DNA of 64,000 nt from Octopus sinensis (GCF_006345805.1 NC_043000.1:21204001-21268000); one strand, 5' to 3'; shown: positions 13,216 through 26,100, counted from the stretch's first letter. Notes: generated by a model not told the origin, from the sequence alone. Program-made: numbers and translations.

Positions 13216-13503
13216 CCCTTTATTTGGGGTCAAATAATAAGGCGACAACAACAACGAGCTGAAAGATTGGCCGACCAAAAGCTACAAAAAAGTATGGTGC
13301 GAATTTGAAGAATCTGCTAACACTATAGCTACAATAGCAACATCAACAACGTCAATGGCAACAACACAATCAGCAACAGCAACAACAAGAATGGTGCTTT
13401 AATATCATCGTCGTTCATAAGAACAATCAAGAGTATCTTGTAATACGAGAAATACTGAAAAATAAAATAATGATGGATGGGAAGAATAAGACGCATTTCT
13501 CAC

Positions 13504-13798
13504 CGAGACATTAAACGATGGAGTATTGTTGATGACGCTAACACCAGAAATCAATAAAATATTGGTTTCTAACACAATATTGATTTCTTTCAAAATGTCT
13601 ATAAAATAGTTAGATAACCCCCTCCGCCACCTCTGCGAGAATCTTAAAACTGTACCGAAGTCTGAGTTATTAGGGGAGTCCTTCTGGGACCCGTAATTGT
13701 TTGTTTTGTTTTTAATGTATGAAGAAACCGCCGGTCTCTCTTCACTCCAGAATGTTGAGAGAGTTATCATGAACGTTTGAATCTGGGTGGGTGGGGGT
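13504..13798 (-). CDS. Candidate internal coding exon of an unidentified host gene (98 codons)
   Basis: Non-repetitive open frame PPPTQIQTFMITLSTFW..NYFIDILKEINIVLETNILLISGVSVINNTPSFNVS bounded by cttgctttcgaacAG and TCG|gtgaga; no family recognised. Confidence 0.3.
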
Positions 13799-13869
13799 CT
13801 GTTCGAAAGCAAGGGCATTTACCAGACGATCCAAGGTTGTTCAGTATAGATGCAGTAGCAATCACTGTA

Positions 13870-14300
13870 TTATTGTATATAGACGTGTACAGATGTAGTC
13901 TAGACCTAATATAGATATAATATAACTGTAGTATAGATATTTATACAGTATAGATGTTTATACAGCATAGATGTTGTATAGACAAGTAGCAGTGTATAAA
14001 TATAGCATTGATATATATTATGCTTGTGTATAATCGTATAAAGATGATGTATGGATGTATATAGATGTGTATAAATGCAGTATAGATATAGTATAGATAC
14101 AATGTAGACGTTGCATATATGTATATATAGTATAGATATCGTATAGATATGTTGCTATGTGTAGGCGTAGCATTGGTATCGTATGGATGCGTATAGTCGT
14201 ACACAGTTAAAGTATAGATGTATATCGATGTATACAGATGTAGTATAGTTTTAAGATATATCTAGAGTAGATATAATGTATAGTAAAGATGTGTATAGAC
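13870..14300 (+). repeat. Degenerate GTATAGAT-type minisatellite
   Basis: Repeated variants of GTATAGAT/ATATAGAT. Confidence 0.75.
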
Positions 14301-14587
14301 GTAGCAGCAATCAGTGCATATAAGGATTCCGAATTGAATACGTTTCATTTCTCGGTTGATGATCATCCAACTTCGAGCCAAGTAGAATGGTGGTGGCATT
14401 GCATGAGTGGTGAAGGCGGTGGGGAGGAAATTGCTTTGCAAGTCTTTAGTTACATCATTCTGAGTTCTAAGTTCAAATCACGCTGCAGTTAACTTTACTT
14501 TCCTCGCTTACGGAGTCGATAGAATAAGCAACTTGGGATCGAATTAATCGTTTCTGTTATGTTTTAGTTCTTTTTTAGTCATTAGAT

Positions 14588-14760
14588 TTTCAGTCACTGG
14601 ACTGCAGCCTAGCTGGGGCACTGCCTTGAAGGATTTTAGTCGAACGAATCGACGCCAGTACACTTTTCTTTGACGCTGGTACTTACTCTATCAGACCTCT
14701 TTTGCCGAACCGCTGTGTTACTGGGACGTAAACACAACACCAGTTATCAAGTTATCAAGA
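14588..14760 (-). mobile_element. SINE family A, old 3' half
   Basis: TTTCAGTCACTGGACTGCAGCC..CTCTTTTGCCGAACCGCT. Confidence 0.7.
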
Positions 14761-14767
14761 CAGTCAA

Positions 14768-14809
<42 letters not shown>

Positions 14810-14829
14810 ACATACACACATACACACAC

Positions 14830-14862
<33 letters not shown>

Positions 14863-14863
<1 letters not shown>

Positions 14864-15215
14864 CATCATCATCATCATCATCGTTTAACGTCCGTTCTCC
14901 ATGCTAGCATGGGTTGGACGGTTCGACCGGGGATCTGGGAAGCCAGAAGGCTGCACCAGGCTCCAGTCTTATCTGGCAATGTTTCTACAGCTGGATGCCC
15001 TTCCTAACGCCAACCACCCCGTGAGTGTAGTGGGTGCTTTTTACGTGCCACCTGCACAGGTGCCAGGCGAGGCTGGCAACGGCCACGGTTGGATTGGTGT
15101 ATTTTATGTGCCACCGGCACGGAAGCCAGTCGAGGCGGTGCTGGCATCGGCCACGAGTCGGATAGTGCTTTTTACGTACCACCAGACCAGGGATCCTGGC
15201 TGGTTCAGTTCGATT
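14863..15215 (-). mobile_element. 3' end of a retroelement with (GAT)n tail (RTE-like LINE or derived SINE)
   Basis: (CAT)n followed by CGTTTAACGTCCG..CTGGATGCCCTTCCTAACGCCAACC; internal motif TTTTA(C/T)GT(G/A)CCACC x3. Confidence 0.55.
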
Positions 15216-15343
15216 TCGATTTCGCTTTCGCTCATTGAAAAATGAGTAGAGATGGCTTTTTTAAAAAGTTATCCCAGAAAAGCCATCTCTACACATTTCT
15301 TCAAATATATAGTACTGTATCAAGAACTTACTTCTTCTTATTC

Positions 15344-15378
<35 letters not shown>

Positions 15379-15509
15379 ATTTTCTGGAAACGGTAAGGTG
15401 CGATTTGAGGAACATTTCAAACGACTTACGTATAGGCTCCCTTGTTAGCTCGTTGTCAATCCACTTGTCTCTTGTTACTGTCTCCCTCATTATTACCTGT
15501 TATATATGA

Positions 15510-16190
15510 GGCGGCGAGCTGGAGGAATCGTTATCACGTCGAGCAAAAACGCTTAGCGGTATTTCGTCTGCTTTTAGGTGCTCAATTCAAATTCCGCCAA
15601 AGTCGACCCTGTCTTTCATCCTTTCGAAGTCGATAAAATAAGTACCAGTTGAACACTGGGGTCGATGTAATCGATTCATCCCCTTCTCCAAAGTGGTTGA
15701 CTTTGCGGCAAAATGTGAAACCATTATTCTTATTTCTTATATCTAAGTCGGCAAGCTGGCAGAATCGTTAACACGCCGGTCAAGATGCTTAGCGGTATTT
15801 CGTCCAACTTTACGTTATGAGTTCAAATTCTGCCGAGATCGACTTTGCCTTTCCTCCTTTCAGAGTGAATAAAATAAGCTCAAGATGAGCACTGAGGTCG
15901 ATGTAATCGACTAACCCCATTCCCCGCAATTGCTGGCTTTGTGCTAAAATTTAAAATTATTATTACCTGCTATATTAAACCGATGAACTGGTAGAATTGT
16001 TAGCGCGTCGGACAAAATGCTTAGCGGCATTTCTTACGATTCATGTTTTGAGCTCAAATCCCGCCGAGTTCGACTTAGTCATCCATCTTTTCTGGGCCGA
16101 TAAAATAAACTACCAATTAAGTACTGCACCGATCTACTTACCCCCTTCCCACTAAAATCACAGACCTTATGCCCAAATTAGAAAGAATTA
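15510..16190 (+). mobile_element. Three tandem, mutually diverged SINE family C copies
   Basis: Heads GGCGAGCTGG/GGCAAGCTGG/GATGAACTGG at ~15510, 15747 and 15980; each has GTTCAAATTC and the GTCGAC..TC(A/C)TCCTTT core. Confidence 0.85.
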
Positions 16191-16192
16191 TC

Positions 16193-16490
16193 TTTCTTTC
16201 TCGCCCTTTTCAAGCCTAGCCAGGCTCATGTGCCCGGTTACTGTTTCCCCCTAGTTGGACGGGACGCCAGTCCATTGCAGCGTTACTCAAGAAACAGGAA
16301 GAGAGAGTGAGAGAAAGTTGTGACAAAAGAGTACAACAGGGGTCGCCACCAACCCCTGCCGGAGCCTCATGGAGCTTTTTTTTAGGTGTTTTCGCTTAAT
16401 AAACACACACAACACCCGGTCTGGGAATCGAAACCGCGATCTTTCGACCGCGAGTACGCTGCCCTAGCTACTGGGCCATTGCGCTTCCAC
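16193..16490 (-). mobile_element. SINE family B inserted in the tail of the third C copy
   Basis: 13-bp TSD AGAAA(G/A)AATTATC at 16180-16192 and 16491-16503. Confidence 0.9.
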
Positions 16491-17229
16491 AGAAAAAATT
16501 ATCACCTGCCTTAATACAACCGATATCAGAAATATATTAAGCCTGATTCTATCGCATATACCACCGTACCTTCACATCGATATGACTCTAATGCCGAGTT
16601 AGAAACACAATCAAATCATTAGTATTCCCAAATACTCGATATCCACCGCCAAAATTTTTATAATCAGACGTGTTGGGTATTTTAATCTTTATAGGTTAGC
16701 ACGAATTTAATGTGAATTTCCCCAAAGTATCGTCTTTTCATTCGCAAGTGCTGATTTTCATTGCAATTTCTCTGAAATCATCAACATTAACAAAACTAGA
16801 ATTTTCCTGAACATTCAATCCAAACACAGTTTTATTACAAATGAGTTTTATTTTGAAGACGTTTATCTTAAATTAATTAAAACTATTCAAAAATGCCACA
16901 ATGTATCTTCGTTCTAGAATTATATTCTGAATATACTTAAGTCGACCATTTTTGTGAGATGCATGCAGATGTGTACACACATATATCTAACAAACATATA
17001 GTTCGCCAATGCGATGTGCATGTATGTATGTAACTAATACTTTTCTATTCAGTGTGTATGCGAATAATTACTATTTCTATTCTATTAAATCTTGGAGATC
17101 ATGGATGGCTACAGCTCACGAACAGGAACATGTAAAAGATAAAAGACTATAAATTAGTTTTATAAATGTATAACGGATTATTAAGTTGAAACAGATACAT
17201 GAATATCTATATATGTATATATATTTCAA

Positions 17230-17900
17230 GAAAGTTAGAGGTTGTGAATCCAACTAACTAAAGGATAATATCTATCCAATATTCTGCTGGTAGAATACAC
17301 AATTATTAATACACAAGTTTATTGCATTGCAATTACATTACCGAGTGTACGAAATGGGTGAGGGTAAAGACTTATTTTACCATTAATTTATAGAGCAATA
17401 AGAAAATGGAGGGGATCAGTAGGTGGTTCATCAACTTTCAGACATTATATTATGTCAACTTATTTATTTATTTACTAAAATGACAATTACAAGAATATAC
17501 ATACATGTATAGCATATTATCCTTTACATGTAAAATATATTAATATATAAAGATACCAGTAATTATTAAAATATAACATACAGGAATATAAATTGGGAAA
17601 ATATCTTACAGCTGTTTCAGCCAAGAGGCAAAAATACCTCATTCAACCTTTATTCCTCCAGTAGGCTGAAGTAATAAGTAGATGAAATTGAGGTACTTGG
17701 GTGTTTCTCTAGGCTTCGTCAGAGATTTTAGAAAGTGCATAAGGTTAAGTTATAAATAAATATAAATATAAATTCATCTACTTAGGATATCTCAGAAACA
17801 GCTGTAAGATTTTGAATTTCTTCCTATAATAATATTGTATATGCCTTGAGATATCTAACTTGCCTTAATGTTTGACGTCCTTTTTAACTATAATATATAT
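17230..17900 (-). mobile_element. PLE-type non-autonomous element (related to 29750-30703)
   Basis: Shares GGTTGT(G/A)AAT(C/T)CAAC..TATCCAATAT(T/A)CTGCT and CAGCTGTTTCAGCC with the 29.7-30.7 kb element; carries an HHR. Confidence 0.55.
17603..17726 (-). ncRNA. Type I hammerhead motif with an 89-nt insertion in loop II
   Basis: ATCT-CTGACGA-AGCC-[89 nt]-GGCT-GAAA-CAGCTG-TA-AGAT; canonical core; predicted cleavage between 17607 and 17606. Confidence 0.6.
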
Positions 17901-17965
17901 TCGCCATGATAGATCGCTAGCCACTACACATTCCTTATTTTCGCTCCTTGTTTCTTTCTGTGTTC

Positions 17966-18001
17966 CTTTCTGTGGAAGAGTGTGTGCTTGAAACGTTAAA
18001 G
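17966..18001 (+). ncRNA. Degenerate hammerhead-like motif (A6U), same fold as family P1
   Basis: CTTT-CTGTGGA-A-GAGT(GTGT)GCTT-GAAAC-GTT-AAAG; stem I covaries with P1 (CTTT/AAAG versus GTTT/AAAC). Confidence 0.35.
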
Positions 18002-18094
18002 ACTTTTTCACTTCCGGAGCGTTATACTAATACATTATTTGTTGTCTACACCAATTGTCTTCGACTTTTTTTGTGAATTCTCCCTATATATATA

Positions 18095-18258
18095 GGCGCA
18101 GGTGTAGCGCTGTGTGGTAAGTAGCTTGTTTACCAACCACATGGTTCCGGGTTCAGCTCCACTGCGTGGTACCTCGGGCAAGTGTCTTCTACTATAGCCT
18201 CGGGCCGACCAAAGCCTCGTGAGTGGATTTGGTAGACGGAAACTGAAAGAAGCCCGTC

Positions 18259-18308
<50 letters not shown>

Positions 18309-18548
18309 TATATATATGTGTGTATGTATATGTTTGTGTGTCTGTGTTTGTCCCCCCAACATCGCTTGACAACTGATGCTAGTGGGTCTACGTCCCCATA
18401 ACTTAGCAGTTCGGCAAAAGATACCGATAGAATAAGTACCAGGCTTACAACGAATACGTTCTGGGATCGATTTGATCGACTAAAGGCAGTGTTCCAGCAT
18501 GACCGCAGTCAAATGACTGGAACAAATAAAAGAATCAAAGAATAAAAT
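18095..18548 (+). mobile_element. SINE family A, full length
   Basis: GGCGCAGG head, internal (TA)n/(TG)n, AATAAAAGAAT tail. Confidence 0.9.
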
Positions 18549-18879
18549 ATGGCGCATCCCTGCTGGATTCTATCTGGCGTAATATAATAGTGACTAATCA
18601 ACTAGGTTTTTTAAAAAGAGAGTACTAGGTTATCTGTAAACATATCAAAATAACAAGGCTGTATGTTCTGTTTTATTTTTAACATCTCTGAGATTCCTAA
18701 ACGGATATGGTGCTATCAAACCTCCATTAAAAAAAGGAACCTAAACAATACTTTTCAATTCAACCATGTGCGATGACTGTAAATTTACCTTTCCGCTAAT
18801 GAAATGTTCATTATCACGAAACTGGTAATATCAATCGGGTGTTAAGAGACTAAATTTGTAATACTGTACAAATTACAAA

Positions 18880-19258
18880 GCTTGCTTACAAACCACATGG
18901 TTCCGGGTTCAGTCCCACTGCGTGGCACCTTGGGCAAGTGTCTTCTACTATAGCCTCGGGTTGACCAAAGCTTTGTGAGTGGATTTGGTAGACGAAACTG
19001 AAAAGAAGCCCGTCGTATATATATATATATGTGTGTATGTATATGTTTGTGTGTCTGTGTTTGTCCCCCCAACATCGCTTGACAACTGATGCTAGTGGGT
19101 CTACGTCCCCGTCATTTAGCGGTTCGGCAAGAGAGACCGATAGAATAAGTACTAGGCTTACAAAGAATAATTCCTGGAATTGCTTTGCTCGACTAAAGTC
19201 GGTGCTCCAGCATGGCTGCAGTCAAATGACGGAAACAAATAAAAGAATAAAAGAATAG
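18880..19258 (+). mobile_element. SINE family A, slightly 5'-truncated
   Basis: Co-linear with 18095-18548. Confidence 0.9.
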
Positions 19259-19310
19259 TGTGTGTGTATGTGTGCGCGTGTGTGTCTGTGTGTGTTTGTT
19301 TGTATGTATG

Positions 19311-19343
<33 letters not shown>

Positions 19344-19556
19344 ATGTGTGTGTGTATACATATATATATATACACATATACATATACATATATATATATA
19401 CTTTTTTCCGAGTTTGTGTAAATGTGTATAGAATAATATATAAGTTGTGAACATTACTAAATATTTTTTTTAATATCTAACATATTTCAACATTGTAAAA
19501 GAAATGTTTAATACAATAAATAAAAAGCGTGAAAACCAGGATACGTAACTTTATTT

Positions 19557-19641
<85 letters not shown>

Positions 19642-19654
19642 AAATATATATAAA

Positions 19655-19960
19655 AATACAAAATGGGACAAGAACGCAGAACACTCAAATAGACGACACA
19701 AAAAACGGACGGGTCATTCGAAGCCTCTAATCTTCAGTCAAGAACCGGATCATCCTCGCAATTTCGGCTGATTAATCTTGAGATCGCTCCGATCCGGCCA
19801 GCCCCAAGGAAAAACTAAGCTACGAGCATTAGATTTCTTGGAAAAAGGATCGAATGTAAACGAAACAAGGACAGAAAAACGGACGGTGCCACACGAATAT
19901 AAATACAAAAAACAATAATAGTAATAACAGGACAAAAACAGCGGGTGTCTTACGACTTTA
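19655..19960. mobile_element. Microsatellite-embedded dispersed element family P6 (PLE-type terminus inferred); other copies at 34560-34910 (inverted), 39375-39508 and 55145-55297
   Basis: Shared TTTCGGCTGATTAATCTTGAGAT..GGCCAGCCCCAAGGAAAAACTAAGCTA. Confidence 0.65.
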
Positions 19961-20097
19961 GACAGTTCAACTTAGCTTAGCTGGCGTATTTGGAAAGAGA
20001 AAGACAGAGACTAGTGAAGTATAGAGAAAGTGTGTGTATAAGTCGTACAGTAGTGGGATGCTTGCATACATAAGAGAACAAGGTATACGTTACGCCG

Positions 20098-20148
<51 letters not shown>

Positions 20149-21131
20149 AAACTTGCTCGGAAAAGGATGCGTGGCGTTCGATCACATAATAATATAAATA
20201 ATATATAAATATATGCATATATACATACATATATGTACATACCTACGTATGTATATATACATGCATATATGGATATAGAACATAAAAAAAACGTTGAACA
20301 CAATGAGAAACGAAAACATAACAAAAACATAGAAACGAACTTTTTTCAAACAACGAAAAAAAAACAGAGAAACGAGACATACAACATAAAAAATATTCCC
20401 CGTCTTCAGTTGTCCCTGCTTCATCTACTCTGCATTACGAAGGTAAAGACAAGTCGCGACTTCGTTGAAACAGTCCTTCCCGCAAAGCAAATTAAATAAA
20501 ATTTGGGATGTTTTTTTATGCGGAGGGTGAGAGTGGTAACGAGAACAGAACAGTGAGAATAAAACAGTAAAAACAGTAAGAGAAAGAACAATGAGAACAA
20601 AACAGTACAAACAAACGATGAGGGTTGTTAAGCCAAAACGATGGAAAAATTATTCTGAACGTTTAAAGAGACGAGCTTATGAATAGACAGGATAAACCCG
20701 TTTACTCTTTGTGGAGGTAGTAGTCGGAAAGATAGATTCCTTCTCATCACTTGTCAGCGACGAGAGAGTCGAGGTGGAGGAGTGAGAGAGAGGGAACGGT
20801 GAAGGGGACAGGAGAAGAATAGGGAAGGGTGGGAGTAAAAACCCAGAAAGGATGAGGAACAAGAGAGGGAGAGAGATAGACAGAGAAGAAGTAGTAAAGA
20901 AGAAGAGTGCACATAGTAATTATTAAGATAAAACTGACTTGGAAAAGGATGCGTGCCGTTCGATCATATAATAATATAAATAATATATATATTACTACTG
21001 TTCATAATGGCCCTCTCAGACATGCCCTCAGCCACGCAGAGTATTTAAAATTCAAATGCTGTGTCGAAACATACTGTTCAAGCAAACCATGTAATAAGAG
21101 CTAAATTTACATGTTTAAATACATTATGAAA

Positions 21132-21420
21132 CTACCAAATGCACAATGGGTAAATAGTAAAAGTTGATAAATATTTATGTCTACAATGAATAATGACATC
21201 CGAGATCTTATTAAGTAAAATTGTTTTGTCAGCACGTAGTATATTGATCAATTCTTTTGTGCATAATTTACAACCTCTGGTGCGTGTATTGTGTGGTGTG
21301 ATTTCTATTATAATACACCAATCCAGACTGAATTTCTTATTACGCATTTTTAATTTATTAATGTGGGTAGCTAGTGCGCTTGAGTTTTTTGTGTCCTGAT
21401 TAATAAAGGAATCGTGTACT
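21132..21420 (-). pseudogene. C-terminal fragment of a Penelope-like GIY-YIG ORF
   Basis: ..WCII..RGCKLCTKELINI..LLNKISDVIIHCRH matches the CxLCxxE..LLNK.S....CRH ending of PLE endonucleases. Confidence 0.6.
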
Positions 21421-21455
21421 AATTAGTTGTGGGATAATTATCCTATCTATTTCTC

Positions 21456-21490
<35 letters not shown>

Positions 21491-21602
21491 GGAGCTATTT
21501 ATATATATATATATATAGATAGATATATATATATATATTGTAGGTCCCATTGATTCGGATTTAACCATAATAAGGTCTCAATACATAGCAGAGTAAAATA
21601 TA

Positions 21603-21725
21603 TATTATATAGAAGGAGCTTCTACGGACTAGAACTGTTTATTCAAGAGAAATCATCAGGAAGCTCCTGATGATTTCTCTTGAATGAAACAGTTCTAGTC
21701 CTGTAGAAGCTCCTTCTATATAATA
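21603..21725. repeat. Fold-back palindrome (about 58-bp arms, apex AAGCT) carrying a hammerhead-core remnant
   Basis: Right arm CCTGATGA-TTTC(TCTT)GAAT-GAAAC..GTC; 5' strand of stem I absent. Confidence 0.8.
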
Positions 21726-21837
21726 GATATATATATTATATAATTATATATTATATTTAGGGTAGCAAAATTCAGTAAAAATTACGCTAAGCGGCCTAAT
21801 GAAAAGAGAAAATAGTAAAGACTAAATATGTATAAAT

Positions 21838-21986
21838 TAACAATTTAGGAGCTAGACATTCGTCACTAGAAAGAACAGCCATAACTCCAACCGAAGTAGT
21901 GTATTTCCGAATTACAACTGGCGTTGGAGTTATGGCTCTAGTTTCTAGTGGACGAATGGCCTGTCTAGGCCATTCCTAAATTGTTA
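21838..21986. repeat. Imperfect fold-back inverted repeat
   Basis: Arms 21838-21891 and 21923-21986. Confidence 0.75.
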
Positions 21987-22003
21987 TATATATATATAAT
22001 ATA

Positions 22004-22047
<44 letters not shown>

Positions 22048-22133
22048 TATCTATATATATATATATATATAATAGATAGATAGATAGATAATCAATAAAT
22101 GGTAGGGTTGTGTTGACCGCTCGTGGAGAAATG

Positions 22134-22268
22134 ATAAGCAAGGAAAAATTGTAAAAATGCTGAATGCTAAATTGAAGGAAAATTTTAATGCAAATGGTGT
22201 ATCATACACCCATTTGCATTAAAATTTTCCTTCAATTTAGCATTTTGCATTTTTACAATTTTTCCTTG

Positions 22269-22273
<5 letters not shown>
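22134..22273. repeat. Fold-back palindrome (about 65-bp arms)
   Basis: ATAAGCAAGGAAAAATTG..CAAATGG / CCATTTG..CAATTTTTCCTTGCTTAT. Confidence 0.9.
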
Positions 22274-22311
<38 letters not shown>

Positions 22312-22673
22312 GGAGCTTATATATATATATAATATGGGTAGCTTATTATTTAACAACCTAAAGGCAAACTTACAGGCGTCACTAAAGTAACAGAGGGTAC
22401 TAAGTGGTACCGCATTGCTAGAAATAAGAGTCAAAACAACTCATTAAGCACAAATGCACTATTTTAATGACTGACAAATGAGGCGCGGTAGTGACGTCTC
22501 TTTCTCTCTATATATATATGTGTGTGTTGTGTGTGCGTGCGTGTGCGTGCGTGTGTGTGTGTGTGCACTATGTATGTATACTATTTGTGTTTGTGTCAAG
22601 TTATATGCAAAGATAATTCAGCATTAATGAAGGATTTCTCAATACTTTTTGGGAGAGTACATATTTATCAGTC

Positions 22674-22942
22674 TGTTGTGATGAGAGCTACGACGTCCCC
22701 TTGCGAGAGGTAGATTGGTTCGAATAAAGTATAAATAGTAACGATCCAAGTGAGGTCAAGGTTCAGCGTTCGGAGTCGAATGAAGTTCGTGTTAGTTCAC
22801 AGTGAAGTCGGAAGGTGATAGTTATTTAGTTCACAAAGAATATTGATTGTTGTTTCGTAAAGAGATTTGTTAGTTCGTTACCTTGTTTTTAATGTTGTCT
22901 GGTTATCTTATTTATTGTACGTAATAGAATTGCGTTACAACA
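22674..22942 (+). repeat. 5' LTR (269 bp) with TATAAATA box
   Basis: Starts TGTTGT, ends ACAACA; homologous to 26884-27145. Confidence 0.95.
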
Positions 22943-22944
22943 TC

Positions 22945-22953
22945 TGGCGACGA
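22945..22953 (+). promoter_or_regulatory. Primer-binding site complementary to the 3' end of tRNA-Ser(GCU)
   Basis: TGGCGACGA is complementary to ..UCGUCG-CCA. Confidence 0.7.
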
Positions 22954-23159
22954 ATGTTTCGAAGCTCACGCAGGTTATTTAATAATTTGTTCGTGATACA
23001 ACTAGTTAAATAAAGGAAGACCTATTCGCTTCCATTGTACAGTTGCAAAAAACAATAACAACAGCAGCAACAGGTGTTGCAGAAACAACTATTACAGCAA
23101 CAATTACAACAACAACAATTATTGGAGCTATATTCAAAGAAGTTCAAAAATTAGGTAAT

Positions 23160-26100
23160 TTCATTTTCGCCAGACGGCGTTTCGTATTTGATGAATGAAT
23201 TCAGTTATAACCCAGAGGAGGGTATAATTTTTGCATCGTACTACAGAAGGTACAAGGAGATTTTTAAGCAAGATTGCAAATCATGATCGGACGAACAAAA
23301 AGTGAGGTGGTTATTGTGAAAACTAGCTCCGTTAGAGCATGAACGTTATTGTAATTTCATATTGCTGAAGAAAATCCAATGAAATTTGTTTTAAAGAAAC
23401 AATAGAATTACTGTGTAACATATTCGATAATAAAACTTCTCTTTTTAACACTCGAATGGAGTGTTGGAATATAACGAAAAGAGTGAATGATGATTTTATC
23501 ACATACGCTGGAACAGTCAACAGGATGTGTGAAAGCTTCAAGCACAAAGAACTTACACTTGAGACATTCAAGTGTCTTATTTTCGTACAAGGCCTTAGAG
23601 CAAGCAAAGATATAGAAATTCGGTTAAGAATTCTTTCTAAACTGGAACAAGTGAGCCAAGATCTAACCTTACAGTCCGTGGTAGAAGAATGTCAAAAGAT
23701 GGTGAACCTGGAACACGATGTAGAAAAAATTCAAGAAAAGAATTCTTCAAAAATACAGATATGCCAACCGGAAAAGTACAACCAAAAAAGAGCGCCACGT
23801 CTTAACCCATGTTATGGATGTGAGTGAATATCTTTCAGAAGAGACTCTCGATTTAAAAAGCAAAAATGTTACAATCACGAGTGTCCACACTGCAGAACAA
23901 AATTACGAAGGTCAAACGTTAAAAATCCAAGAGTGCTCTCAGCAGAAACAAAAATTGACTCCCAAGTAAGAAAATTCGTAAACGTAAAAATATATAGAAT
24001 ACGTATTAAACATCAATTAGATACTGGAAGTGATATTTCAATAATGAATACGGCCACGTGGAAGAAAATAGGGAAGCCTATGTTGAGAAAAACAGCGAAA
24101 TCTGCTCGTAGGGTGACGGGCAACAGATTACATTTCATTGGTGAAGTGTGGACTAATGTCACATTTCGAGGGAAAACATGCAAGGCGAAAGTTTTCGTAG
24201 TTAAAAATGCAAGTTATTTGTTTAGTACCGATTGGTTAGAATTATTCGATTTATGGGACCTTTCAATAAGTCTCTATTGTAAAAACGTAAATTGTTGTCC
24301 CTCTAAAAATAATTCGTCTGAAGAGTTAAAGAGAAAATTTAAAAATACGTTTCCGCAAGTATTCTCGGACAAACTAGGTCTATGCACAAAGACCGGAGCG
24401 TGTTTTGAATTAGATGATAACGTTACGCTTGTGTTCAGGCCTAATAGGTAAATGCCTTTTGCGGCGATAAAGCAAGTGGACGATCAGTTGGACAGATTGG
24501 AAAAAATAGAATCATTAAAAAAGTAAATTACGCGAAATGGGCAGCTCTGATTGTAAGTATAAAAAGAAAAATAACAAAATTAGGTTGTGTGCCGATTTTT
24601 CGACCGGTTTAAATGACTGTTCAAAAATGAGCCATTATCCACTACCGACCCCAGAATATATTTTTACTAAACTAAACGGAGGAAAAATATTTTCAAAACT
24701 CGATGTCTGACGCATATCTACATATCAAAGTAGATAAAAAAATATACTCAGAGATGTTAACGGTCAACACGCACAGAGGTCTATGCAAATACAATAGACT
24801 ATCTTTTGGACTGAAGGCAGCACCTGCAATATTTCAGGTGATGGACGAGATGTTGGCAGACTTTCAATTTGCTATTCTTACCTTGATGACGTGTTAATAA
24901 AAAGCGAATCGCGGGAATGAGCATATCGTACACGTGAAGTGTGTCTTTAAAAAAATTAAGGATTATAGTTTCACAATCAGTGAAGAGAAGTTTGAATTTT
25001 TTTCCTAAAATCAAATACCTAGGTCAAATCATAGATAAGAATGGAAAGCATCCTGACCCGCCGAGGGCAGATGCAATCAAGAATATGCCTCCTCCATCGA
25101 ATATATCGACATTACAAGTTTTCCTTGGCCTAGCAAATTACTATCAACAGTACATTCCAAATATGCATAAATTGAGAGCACCATTATATGATTCACTAAA
25201 AAAAGAAGTGAAATGGAATTGGTCAGTAAAGTGCCAAAACGCATTTGAAGACATAAAGAAAATACTAATTTCTGTCTTGTCCCTTGCGCATTTCGATCAT
25301 ATAATGGACATTGTTGTAGCGTCTGATGCTTCGAAGTATGGAATAGGAGCAATCTTGCGATACAAGTATAGAGATGGAAATATGAAGCCAGTAATTCATG
25401 CTTCACGTACGTTGGTAGGAGCGGAAAAAAGTATAGTCAGATGGAGAAGGAGGCACTATCGATTATTTTTGCGCTTAAAAATTTTCACATCCTTTACTAT
25501 CAATTTTTGGATCAAAGAAGTGATTGGCTATCCCATACAGCGAACCGACTACAACGCTGGGGTACAACATTGCTGAACTACAATTTTCAGATGCAGTATA
25601 TTTCGAAGAAAATTGGTCATGCAGACTGCTTATCGAGGCTAATTCCCAAGAGCACGGAAGCGCTAAAAGTGACCGTGATTGCGTCATTGCAGTCAGAAAA
25701 TGAAATAAGAAGTACTGTGTGTAATATAATCCAGGAACTGCTGGTGACAGCGCATGATATAAAAATGAAATTCATAGAGGAGAATTCCATTACAAGAATG
25801 AAAGAAACATTGAAAAATAAGCATAATAAGCAAATTCAAATAATTTCTCGCAATGCAACAATGTCTTAATATATGCGCAGAGAGTAGTGGTAACATGTGC
25901 ACTACAGAAATGAGTATTGCAACAATTACACTGTAGGCATCCGGGAATATCCAGAATGAAGGCTATAATGAGGAGCTTTTTTATATTGGTCGACTATGAG
26001 CAGGGAACCCGATAAATTGATGAAAACATGTAGAGGTTGCGCATTGGCAACCAAAGCACCACCAGTAAAATATCAATTGTTTCCGGAGACTGAGAGCCCA

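Noticed and set aside
16570-16587. 18-nt minus-strand microexon candidate (SHIDVK)
   Set aside because: It introduces a stop in the frame needed to join the 13504-13798 exon; such signals occur by chance
19715-19745. CTGAAGA..GAAT on the minus strand of P6 (also ~39445-39465)
   Set aside because: No GAAA, stem III or stem I; cannot form a hammerhead
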